12,823 bases of DNA from Planctomycetota bacterium (GTDB lineage Bacteria > Planctomycetota > GCA-002687715 > DRQF01): contig JALTLO010000043.1 in NCBI GenBank assembly GCA_027001995.1, positions 62,906-75,728 of the forward strand, written 5' to 3'. The notes under the pieces are model-generated. The model ran no database searches and was not told the DNA's origin. It saw only the letters and a list, made by a program, of their open reading frames with translations. Positions 1-7,875 of this stretch are shown here, piece after piece. Position numbers and translations under genes: made by a program. The number at the start of each line of letters is the position of its first letter. Within the stretch, counting starts at the first letter, position 1.

Positions 1-543
1 GATGTCATCTTCGGTGCCCTCAGCCAAGCTGAGCCTGGACGCTTGCCTGCCGCGTCCCAAGGAACCATGAATAATATCTCCTTTGGTGCCATGATGGAAT
101 CCGGCGAGATGTTTACCTATTTTGAGACTTTGGCTGGGGGTGTCGGGGCTGGCCCCTCTGGCCCAGGTGCCAGCGGTTTACACAGCCACATGACCAATAC
201 CCGAAACACTCCCATTGAAGCTTTGGAGGCTAGTTTTCCCTTGCGAATTCGACGTTATGCCCTGCGCGAAGGCAGTGGGGGAGTCGGTGGATTTCTGGGT
301 GGCGAGGGGATTATCCGCGAGTACGAAGCCCTCATTCCCATGACCATGTCCCTTTTGACAACCCGTCGCTCTTCTCGGCCCCAAGGCACAGCGGGTGGTG
401 GTGAGGGGGCTTTGGGCTCGAACGTCTTGATCCGGGGAAACAAAGAAGAATCTTTACCCGCTTGCGGTACCATCGATCTTTTCCCAGGAGACTGCATACG
501 CATCACAACTCCCGGTGGGGGCGGCTTTCACAAAGACGACTGA
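1..543 (+). CDS. Hydantoinase B / 5-oxoprolinase family protein, C-terminal part (5' truncated by window edge)
   Basis: Frame 1 is open from base 1 (DVIFGALSQAEPGRLPAASQGTMNN...). Family motifs are SQGTMNN, YFETLAGGxGA, HSHMTNTRNTPIEALE..FP, GGEG..REY and terminal TPGGGG. Stop TGA at 541-543. Confidence 0.9.
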   Translation, partial: DVIFGALSQAEPGRLPAASQGTMNNISFGAMMESGEMFTYFETLAGGVGAGPSGPGASGLHSHMTNTRNTPIEALEASFPLRIRRYALREGSGGVGGFLGGEGIIREYEALIPMTMSLLTTRRSSRPQGTAGGGEGALGSNVLIRGNKEESLPACGTIDLFPGDCIRITTPGGGGFHKDD

Positions 544-643
544 ATAATCTTCCTGCGATATGACGAGGGTGTTTTGCCCCTCTGGTACAAGCTGGGAGAT
601 CATTCCATTTCAGTAGAGCCCATTAGCGTCCGATAACACTGCT

Positions 644-672
644 GAGGAAATGAAAGTTTCATAAGTTTCCTC
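644..672. promoter_or_regulatory. Nested inverted repeat upstream of the secreted-protein gene (possible operator)
   Basis: ATGAAA-g-TTTCAT at 650-662, flanked by GAGGAA (644-649) and TTCCTC (667-672), in the intergenic gap. Confidence 0.3.
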
Positions 673-727
673 GAGAGCCCCCTCGATTACGCACATTTCA
701 ATGTCGCCACCCGGGAGGTTAAGTGAC

Positions 728-2656
728 ATGCAAGCAAGCCCGCGACGTACAACTCTTCTCTGTCTTCTTCTCTTCTTGAGCTGTGGCCTTCTCCAAGCAC
801 AGGTGACTCAGCGAATCTCCAGTGGTGGAGCCTTGGGGTATCATGAATACCAGGCTCTTCACAGCGTCCCGCTTGCTCTCAACGATACCACGGTGGTTGT
901 TCCGCGACCTTCTGCATTTAGTTATCCCGATCGCCAATCCGCAGGGTTCTTGGTCTATAAGCGCGTCTTTGGCTTCCAGGAAACTCATTTTGTCAGTGTT
1001 CCTGGTTATCTCTCTGCTGCTAGTACTCAGTGGCACAAACCTTATCGCCTGGACGACGAGACCATGGTCTTTCCTGGTACGGGACCAGATGGACAACTGG
1101 GAACAGCCGATGACACCCTCATTATGGTGGGCAATTTGAACACACCATCTCAAGCAACGATTTACAGTTATGCCATTGGCCAGGCTGGAATTCGCCCAGG
1201 GCAAGATCTTGCTGTTCTTGGGCCCCGAACTGTGGCTTGGGTGAATGGTTTCCGCGACGGACCGTCGATTAGTGGTGACCAACTCTTGACTGTCGTTCAC
1301 CACTTGGGCGGCGCTGGTGAATACAAACAAACCATCGATTTTGGTGTCTTGGGGGCCGGTGGCACCGACGGTCATTTTGAGCCCATGGAGCCTGGGGCTT
1401 TTGGTATGGCCCTCGCGGGGCAAGACCTCTATTGGGGAACACCAGATGATGCCGTAGGTATGCTCGAATTGGACCAGACCGGTAACAATGCCGTTCTTCA
1501 CGTGATTGTTCCCCGGGAACCTATGCGCATCCCCATCGGCAGCCAATGGCCCAAATGGGTGGGCGGGCGAGATCTCCTGATCTATGGTGATGGTCCTGAA
1601 AACATTGACACGGATGATGTTGAAATCACACTGCGAGCGATTGGCACACCGGCCTTCAATACGGTTATCAAACCCGTGGCATCACCGGTGCAATTCCAAG
1701 GGCAAGAGGCTGCTGTTGCTGTCGAAGTCGACGCCAACGGTTTCCCTTATCGTGCCCTGGTGGGGCCTGATGGACAAAGCGGAACTTTCGACGACGAAAT
1801 CGCCATTCGCACCGCTGTGGGGGTTGAAATTCATGCTGCCGGGGCGGCTTTGGCACCACAACCAGGAGCGGCCTTCCCCAAGGGCGTGGCCCTCAGCAGT
1901 GGCGTTGTTGTCTTTAAGATGTATGGCCGTGCGAACTTTGGATCCAGCGACAAAGGAATCCTCATTTTGTCGCCTCCAAACCAGAACGGAACTCCTCGCA
2001 CTTCGATCATCATGTCGACCTTCGAAGATGTCGCCAAGGTTGTACCGATGTCGAGCAATACAATCATCCTATTCACCAACTCAGGACAAGGTTATCACGT
2101 CGCCCGATTGGACACTCCCTTCCCCAGTCTTGCCGCTTTGATCGGCGAGCAATGGGATGGCATCAGCGAGCCTATTGTCATGGGCTCTTCCTTAGCAATC
2201 ACTTTGAGCAAGGGAGTTGTCAATCCCGATTTCTCAGTGAGCGACGATATCGTTTTCTACAAGGTGTCATCAGTTTGGACTTTCGGTGAGTCAACGCCCA
2301 ATGAACAGGGTTACGATCTCAAGATTGGTGCCACCACAGAACGTCTGAATTTCACCATGCCTTATTTCGGCATCACCTTTGATGGGGCTCCCCCAAATGA
2401 GCTGTGTGCCCTGTTTATTTCTCTACACCGAGAAAGTGTCTTGGTCGAATGGGATGCTCTTTTCCTTCTCTCTGCTGAGGACTTTATCTTCACGTCCTTC
2501 TGGGCCACAGACAATGTTGGCTCCGCCGTTATGGTCTTGCCGACACCCACGGATACGGCTTGGTTAGGTCGTGGTGCTCACTATCAGTGGTTCGTCATGA
2601 ACCCCTTGGCTACCCGAGGCTGGGAGCTTTCCAACGGTTTGACAATCACGATGTAA
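728..2656 (+). CDS. Secreted hypothetical protein (~642 aa) with repeated GxDxxxGTxDD loops and a distinct C-terminal domain
   Basis: Long ORF (track start 701). ATG 728 is preferred because GGAGGT at 714-719 lies 8 nt upstream. Signal peptide RRTTLLCLLLFLSCGLLQA|Q. Motifs GPDGQLGTADD, GQDLYWGTPDD, GPENIDTDD and GPDGQSGTFDD. C-terminus ...HYQWFVMNP...LSNGLTITM. Confidence 0.8.
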   Translation: MQASPRRTTLLCLLLFLSCGLLQAQVTQRISSGGALGYHEYQALHSVPLALNDTTVVVPRPSAFSYPDRQSAGFLVYKRVFGFQETHFVSVPGYLSAASTQWHKPYRLDDETMVFPGTGPDGQLGTADDTLIMVGNLNTPSQATIYSYAIGQAGIRPGQDLAVLGPRTVAWVNGFRDGPSISGDQLLTVVHHLGGAGEYKQTIDFGVLGAGGTDGHFEPMEPGAFGMALAGQDLYWGTPDDAVGMLELDQTGNNAVLHVIVPREPMRIPIGSQWPKWVGGRDLLIYGDGPENIDTDDVEITLRAIGTPAFNTVIKPVASPVQFQGQEAAVAVEVDANGFPYRALVGPDGQSGTFDDEIAIRTAVGVEIHAAGAALAPQPGAAFPKGVALSSGVVVFKMYGRANFGSSDKGILILSPPNQNGTPRTSIIMSTFEDVAKVVPMSSNTIILFTNSGQGYHVARLDTPFPSLAALIGEQWDGISEPIVMGSSLAITLSKGVVNPDFSVSDDIVFYKVSSVWTFGESTPNEQGYDLKIGATTERLNFTMPYFGITFDGAPPNELCALFISLHRESVLVEWDALFLLSAEDFIFTSFWATDNVGSAVMVLPTPTDTAWLGRGAHYQWFVMNPLATRGWELSNGLTITM

Positions 2657-2731
2657 AGGGGAATGCCCATACCGGGGTCTTCTCCTGGAAAAATTCTTGG
2701 CAGAACCCTCGGCTAAGGCTGAAGTATGGAG

Positions 2732-2767
2732 TTGTCTTCGTTTCAATCTTTCCGCTAAAATGACTTC
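2732..2767 (+). promoter_or_regulatory. Putative sigma70-type promoter giving a leaderless transcript
   Basis: TTGTCT (2732-2737), N18, TAAAAT (2756-2761), 6 nt, then ATG 2768. No Shine-Dalgarno visible. Confidence 0.45.
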
Positions 2768-3517
2768 ATGATTGACACAGAAACACGAGACGGCGTGGCC
2801 ATCGTGCGCTTCGCTCATGGCAAAGCCAGCGCTTTGGATACCGAATTCCTGGTTGAGATTGCCCGCACCATAGAGGAAGTGGATGCCAGCGATGCCAAGG
2901 CTTGTGTCCTCACGGGCACAGGAAACATCTTTTCCGCTGGCGTTGACCTTAAGCGCTTCATTGACGAGGGCACGTCCTACCTGGATGACTTCATGCCAGC
3001 TCTCGATGCTGCATTCGGCGCCTTGTTTGCCTTCGGTAAACCGATGGTCGCCGCTTGTAACGGTCATGCGATCGCAGGAGGCTGTGTCATTCTTTCTTGC
3101 TGTGACTTACGGTTTGTCGCGGAGGGGTCAGCGCGCATCGGTGTTCCAGAATTGCAGGTGGGTGTTCCTTTTCCTCTTCTTCCCCTCGAGATCATGCGCT
3201 TCGCATTGCCCAATAATCATGTTCAAGAGGTTTTGTTGGGCGGGGGAACCTACAAGGTTGAAAAGGCCCAGCAACTCGGGCTATGCGACGATGTGGTTGA
3301 AGAGGGACTTCTCATGGAACGGGCCATGGCCGCGGCTTGCCAGTTGGCAAGCTATCCCCGGGAAGCGTTTCGATTTAACAAGTGGCTGCTTCGCCGGCCG
3401 GTGCTGGATGTTCTCAGCCGCCATGGGGCGCAAGACAATGCCCGAGCCTTGGAGCTTTGGCAAAGCGACCCCTGCCAACGGGCTGTCCGAGACTATGTCG
3501 CCAAGACTCTGGGTTAG
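2768..3517 (+). CDS. Enoyl-CoA hydratase/isomerase (crotonase superfamily), probably delta3,delta2-enoyl-CoA isomerase-like
   Basis: 249 aa. Motifs FSAGVDL (oxyanion hole), KPMVAACNGHAIAGG, CDLR, IGVPELQVG and A..LGL.D.VV. Confidence 0.92.
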   Translation: MIDTETRDGVAIVRFAHGKASALDTEFLVEIARTIEEVDASDAKACVLTGTGNIFSAGVDLKRFIDEGTSYLDDFMPALDAAFGALFAFGKPMVAACNGHAIAGGCVILSCCDLRFVAEGSARIGVPELQVGVPFPLLPLEIMRFALPNNHVQEVLLGGGTYKVEKAQQLGLCDDVVEEGLLMERAMAAACQLASYPREAFRFNKWLLRRPVLDVLSRHGAQDNARALELWQSDPCQRAVRDYVAKTLG

Positions 3518-3654
3518 CCAGGAGCACTCAAAGAGCCAGATTCGCCCACAGGAAACGGCCAGATATTGACTAAAAGCGCTTCAGGCCTCATATATGTCTG
3601 ACCAGCCCAGGGAAACCAGGGCCGACCTGACAAATCTATGATTGAGGCAATGAC

Positions 3655-5730
3655 ATGAAGTTGAGAAATATTCCGGGCTTGCTGGCCCTCTGTTTGCTGC
3701 TGTCCTGCGGTACCACTGAACCCAACCCCGGGACAGCCGTCGATCTTGAGGTCACAGACCACAATGAGGCCCCGGCGTTCAAGTATGAGACAGAGCGCTT
3801 TGCAGACTTACGGGTCTTGCGTTACAGGGTCCCAGGGTTCGAAAGCCTGGAGTTGAAGCGGAAGAAACTCATCTATTACCTCTACGAGGCCGCCCTCTGT
3901 GGCCGCGAGATCGTTTACGACCAGAAGTACCGCTACAATTTGCCTATCAAGCGCACGGTCGAGCATATTCTCAACAATTACGGTGGGGACCGCACGACTT
4001 TCGGATTCACTCAGTTGGAGGTCTATGCCAAACGCATTTGGTTCTCGAATGGTATTCATCACCACTACAGTGGTACCAAGTTTGAACCTGGATTCACCCA
4101 AGAAGATTTCGCTCACTGGGTTTGCTGCACGCCAGGACCATGGCCAACCCGCCGGGGGCAATCCCTCAACGACTTCGTTGCAGAACTCACACCAGCCATC
4201 TTTGATCCAGAATTCGACTCTAAGTTAGTGAACAAGAAACGCGGCACCGATTTGGTTTTGGGTTCCGCAGCAAACTTTTATGAGTCTGACCTAACGCAAA
4301 AAGAAGTCGAAGACTTCTATGCCGAAAAAGTAGTCCAAGGCGAAGCTCGCCCAGTATCATGGGGGCTTCAATCTCGCCTGGAGCGAGGCAAGAATGGCCT
4401 CATCGAGCGGGTCTACAAGATCGACGGACTCTATGGCCCTGCTATCAAAGAGATTGTCTCTTGGTTAGAGAAGGCTTGCACGGTAGCCGAAAACGAAGCT
4501 CAAAGGTTGGCTCTCACCAAACTCATTCGTTTCTACCGAACAGGAAGCCTCAGAGATTGGGATGATTACAACATTGCTTGGGTCAACGATACTGATTCTG
4601 AAGTCGACACCATCAATGGATTTATCGAAGTGTACAATGACTCCATGGGTATGCGGGGATCCTGGGAATCTGTGGTCGCTGTTCGTGACCCGGAGGCTTC
4701 CAAGCGAATCGCCAAGATTGCTTCATGGGCCCAATGGTTTGAAGATAATTCGCCTCTGATTGATTCGCACAAAAAGAAGAAAGTGAAGGGGATCAGCGCC
4801 CGCGTCATCAATGTGATTGTTGAAGGGGGTGATGCCTCCCCCTCCACACCTATTGGCATCAATCTTCCAAACGCCAACTGGATTCGGGCAGAGCATGGAT
4901 CCAAGTCAGTGAATCTCGCGAATATCGTGAGCGCTTATGCTCAAGGTGGTGGTGGTAGCTTGGCTGAGTTTGCTTGGGATCAAGCTGAGATTGATCGGGC
5001 TCGAGCTCATGGTGATCTGGCCGACAAATTGCACACTGACATGCACGAAGTTATTGGCCATGCTTCCGGGCAGATAAACCCAGGCATCGGAACTCCCAAG
5101 GAAACACTCAAAAACTATGCTTCGACCCTTGAGGAAGCTCGGGCTGACTTGGTGGCTCTCTATTACATGATCGACCCTAAGTTAGTGGAATTAGGTTTGA
5201 TGTCCACTTTGGATGTCGGCAAAGAATCTTACGAGAGTTATGTTCGCAATGGCATGATGCTCCAGCTTCGCAGATTGAAGCTCGGTGATGACATCGAAGA
5301 AGACCACATGCGCAACCGTCAGCTCATTGTGAAATGGGCCTACGAAAAAGGCATGAGCGACAAAGTCATTGAGCGCAAGACAAGGGACGGCAAGACGTTC
5401 TTTGTGGTGAACGACTTCGAAAAACTGCGCGTGATCTTCGGGCAGTTGCTAAGAGAGATTCAGCGCATCAAATCCGAGGGCGATTCCGCAGCAGGAGAAA
5501 AATTGGTGGAAACCTATGGGGTTAAGGTGGATCAAGCCCTCCACAAGGAAGTGTTGGCCCGCTATGCTGCCCTGGACATTCCGGCCTATTCAGGATTCAT
5601 CAATCCTGAACTCACTCCGGTGATGAGTGGCGACGAGATCATCGATGTGACAATCTCTTACCCCGATGACTTCCGCGGACAAATGGAACGTTACGCTCAA
5701 CGCTACGGTTTCTTACCTGCTTGGAACTAG
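3655..5730 (+). CDS. Dipeptidyl peptidase III (peptidase M49), predicted lipoprotein
   Basis: 691 aa. Zinc motif HEVIGH (5044-5061), EEARADL, PIGINLPN..WIR..HGSKSV and HMRNRQLI. Lipobox LLLSC at residue 18. GAGG at 3644-3647 upstream of the ATG. Confidence 0.93.
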   Translation: MKLRNIPGLLALCLLLSCGTTEPNPGTAVDLEVTDHNEAPAFKYETERFADLRVLRYRVPGFESLELKRKKLIYYLYEAALCGREIVYDQKYRYNLPIKRTVEHILNNYGGDRTTFGFTQLEVYAKRIWFSNGIHHHYSGTKFEPGFTQEDFAHWVCCTPGPWPTRRGQSLNDFVAELTPAIFDPEFDSKLVNKKRGTDLVLGSAANFYESDLTQKEVEDFYAEKVVQGEARPVSWGLQSRLERGKNGLIERVYKIDGLYGPAIKEIVSWLEKACTVAENEAQRLALTKLIRFYRTGSLRDWDDYNIAWVNDTDSEVDTINGFIEVYNDSMGMRGSWESVVAVRDPEASKRIAKIASWAQWFEDNSPLIDSHKKKKVKGISARVINVIVEGGDASPSTPIGINLPNANWIRAEHGSKSVNLANIVSAYAQGGGGSLAEFAWDQAEIDRARAHGDLADKLHTDMHEVIGHASGQINPGIGTPKETLKNYASTLEEARADLVALYYMIDPKLVELGLMSTLDVGKESYESYVRNGMMLQLRRLKLGDDIEEDHMRNRQLIVKWAYEKGMSDKVIERKTRDGKTFFVVNDFEKLRVIFGQLLREIQRIKSEGDSAAGEKLVETYGVKVDQALHKEVLARYAALDIPAYSGFINPELTPVMSGDEIIDVTISYPDDFRGQMERYAQRYGFLPAWN

Positions 5731-5762
5731 ACTCAGTCTCAGTTCAGTTGACAAATTGACGA

Positions 5763-5802
5763 AGAAAATGACTCCCCCGTGATCCCGTGGGAGTCATTTT
5801 CT
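5763..5802. terminator. Probable bidirectional intrinsic terminator
   Basis: AGAAAATGACTCCC (5763-5776) pairs perfectly with GGGAGTCATTTTCT (5789-5802) across a 12-nt spacer, with T-runs on both strands. It lies between the convergent DPP III gene and the integrase remnant. Confidence 0.75.
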
Positions 5803-6449
5803 CATGCAGCGCGATGATAGAAGGATAAGAGACCGCCGAGTCGTTCGTCACGGACGATCTTTCCCTCCCTGGGCATTTCTTTGGCATCGATAAGTTCGTT
5901 GCCGATGCCCAGGTGATTTTTCTCGGTATTGAAATGCAAAACGGAATTCCTGATGACCTTGTCGACGGATCTCCTTCCGAAGAGAATCATCTTCGTCAAG
6001 CATTCCGTTTTGATGGTTTTCACAAATCTTTCAGCGTGAGGATTGCAAGATCAATCTTGCTGCCATTCGAGTGGGCTGTCGAACCAGCGACTTGAACTCG
6101 GCGAGTTGCAATCTTGATGACAAAGAGTGTGTTGATGGTGACAAGCCCCTTAGTCGTCCACACTTTGGTTGTGAAGAAATCAGAGGCTGCGAGTGTGGGC
6201 CAATGGCTGCGCAAGAACTGAGACCACTTGGTCTTCTTTCCACCCACGGGCGCGGCCTCGATTCCATGATTCTGAAGAATGCGTTTGACGACGCTGTGTA
6301 TCAGTCAAACGGATCCTTTCTTGTCCCGAATTGTGCCTTGAGGACTCTGTTCTCTTCACGGAGGTAGTCCAAAACCTTCTGTTGTTCTCGATTCAGCCAG
6401 CCAGCGAGGGCCCGATGAGGAGGAGAGGGAGTGTTAGGGCGTTCTTCAT
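5802..6449 (-). pseudogene. Integrase-core (rve-type DDE) transposase remnant, copy A, internally deleted and frameshifted
   Basis: Pieces in different frames: MKNALTLPLLL.., ALAGWLNREQQKVLDYLREENRVLKAQFG, RIRLTDTQRR, KRILQNHGIEAAP..WSQFLRSHWPTLAASDFFT..VWT..GL....LFVI...TRRV..AGST, and CNPHAERFVKTIKTECL..MILFG...ERLGGLLSFYHRAA*. The central segment expected to hold the second catalytic Asp is missing. Confidence 0.85.
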
Positions 6450-6544
6450 GGTGGCTGAGGGTAGAGGGTAGGGCGAAAGTGTTTCAGCCACAAGAGTTTA
6501 CAGGCCGGCTGATTTCTTGCACCTATGGCTTTGGTGTCGGATGA

Positions 6545-7720
6545 TCAAGAAGTCCAGTCTCGGGTGTGAACCTGGTTCCAAGGCAGCAACGTCGACTCCG
6601 TCCTTTCTTGCAGCGCATCGCCGCCATAGACAATGTTGATTTCTGTTTTGTTGGTGGGGTTGCTCAGAAGCCTCTTGACGCGCTTTGGGCCGTCAAAGAT
6701 CTTGCTCGTGGCGGTTTGTCCGGCTTTTACTTCAACGAGCTTGAGCTTCCCCGGTGTCTCGATCACCAGATCGGCTTCGACACCGTCTCGATCCCGGTAG
6801 AAAGAAATGTTGCGGTCGTGACCAACGTTCGTTCGATGTTTCACAATTTCGGAGACGACCCAACTCTCAAGGATGGTGCCCCTAAGAGGATGAGATCGAA
6901 GCTGATCAGGCGCGCGGATTCCCAGGAGCCAACAGACCAGCCCTGTATCGTAGAAGTGCAGCTTTGGCATCTTGATGATTCGTTTGCGTAGGTTTGAATG
7001 GAATGGTTGAAGTCGAAAGAGAATAAAGCTTGTTTCCAAGATGTTTAGCCAAGCTTTTGCTGTGGGTTGGGTGATGCCACAGTCAGATGCTAACGAACTG
7101 TAGTTGAGAAGTTGAGCGGTTCGGCCGGCACACAATTCCAGAAAGCGGCCAAAAACAGTGAAGTCTCTGATCTGAGCCATGGTTCGTACATCGCGCTCGA
7201 TGTAAGTGTTGACGTATGCCCGTGCCCATTTTTCGGGAGATTGCTGTTCTTCAAAAATCCTTGGGTACCCGCCCGCACATAATGTTTCATCCAGACTCAT
7301 GGGCGGTTTGCCAAAGCGCATGACTTCGGAAAAAGTGAGGGGCAAGAGATGGAGGACTGCCGTTCGTCCCGCCAAGGATTGACTCACTGATTGCAGCAGG
7401 CTCAGGTTCTGAGAGCCAGTTAGAATCCAGCGGCCGTGGCTTGGATTCTCGTCAATTATGCCTTGCAGGTATGAGGTAATATCCGGTGCTCTTTGAATCT
7501 CATCGATGATCGCACCATCTGGGAACTGGGAAAGAAAACCCCGGGGGTCATTGTTGGCATAGGCTCTGGTGTCGGTGGCTTCCAGATTGGCATAGGGAAG
7601 GTGGGCAAAAACGCTACGACAGAGAGTCGACTTGCCGCTTTGCCTTGGCCCGGTCAGGGTCACGGCGGGAAACTCAGATGCGGCGGCCAACAGCTCGGAC
7701 TTGATTTCTCTTTCAATCAT
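6545..7720 (-). CDS. ATP-binding protein, AAA_14 + DUF4143 family, with a C-terminal PD-(D/E)xK-like motif
   Basis: 391 aa. Walker A GPRQSGKS, Walker B IIDEIQ, ILTGS, SLAGR, GGYP, YIERDV, KMPKLHFYDTGL and EADLVIE...VEVKAG. Confidence 0.92.
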   Translation of the reverse strand: MIEREIKSELLAAASEFPAVTLTGPRQSGKSTLCRSVFAHLPYANLEATDTRAYANNDPRGFLSQFPDGAIIDEIQRAPDITSYLQGIIDENPSHGRWILTGSQNLSLLQSVSQSLAGRTAVLHLLPLTFSEVMRFGKPPMSLDETLCAGGYPRIFEEQQSPEKWARAYVNTYIERDVRTMAQIRDFTVFGRFLELCAGRTAQLLNYSSLASDCGITQPTAKAWLNILETSFILFRLQPFHSNLRKRIIKMPKLHFYDTGLVCWLLGIRAPDQLRSHPLRGTILESWVVSEIVKHRTNVGHDRNISFYRDRDGVEADLVIETPGKLKLVEVKAGQTATSKIFDGPKRVKRLLSNPTNKTEINIVYGGDALQERTESTLLPWNQVHTRDWTS

Positions 7721-7726
7721 GGGGCT

Positions 7727-7754
7727 ACAATACGAAGATTTGCGGCTAATTCAA
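7727..7754 (-). promoter_or_regulatory. Putative sigma70-type promoter of the ATPase gene (leaderless)
   Basis: On the minus strand: TTGAAT (7754-7749), N16, TATTGT (7732-7727), 6 nt, then ATG at 7720. No Shine-Dalgarno. Confidence 0.45.
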
Positions 7755-7777
7755 AATGCCATTTTGAATTAGCCGCA
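7741..7777. promoter_or_regulatory. Perfect 37-bp palindrome (18-bp arms, 1-nt centre), probable operator
   Basis: TGCGGCTAATTCAAAATG-c-CATTTTGAATTAGCCGCA, 20 nt upstream of the ATPase start and overlapping the putative -35. Confidence 0.75.
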
Positions 7778-7875
7778 TATTTCTGCTATTGCTCGAATTT
7801 GCGGCCAGGCGAACGCCAGTGGACAGAGATAGACCGATTCGGCTTTTCGGTTTGCGCCGACGAAAGTGGTTTCTG

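Noticed and set aside
719..3569. Long alternative-frame or antisense ORFs (719-1546, 1584-2141, 2564-3067, 2883-3569)
   Set aside because: They overlap well-supported genes and have no recognisable motifs, so they are shadow ORFs.
3566..3596. TTGACT...TATATG as the DPP III promoter
   Set aside because: The spacing is 19 nt and the -10 match is poor, so it is not supportable. A TATGAT at 3637-3642 has no clear -35.
5763..7777. Hairpins at 5763-5802 and 7741-7777 as integron attC sites or CRISPR repeats
   Set aside because: They are unrelated to each other, there are no RYYYAAC/GTTRRRY boxes or regular spacers, and no intI or cas gene is present.
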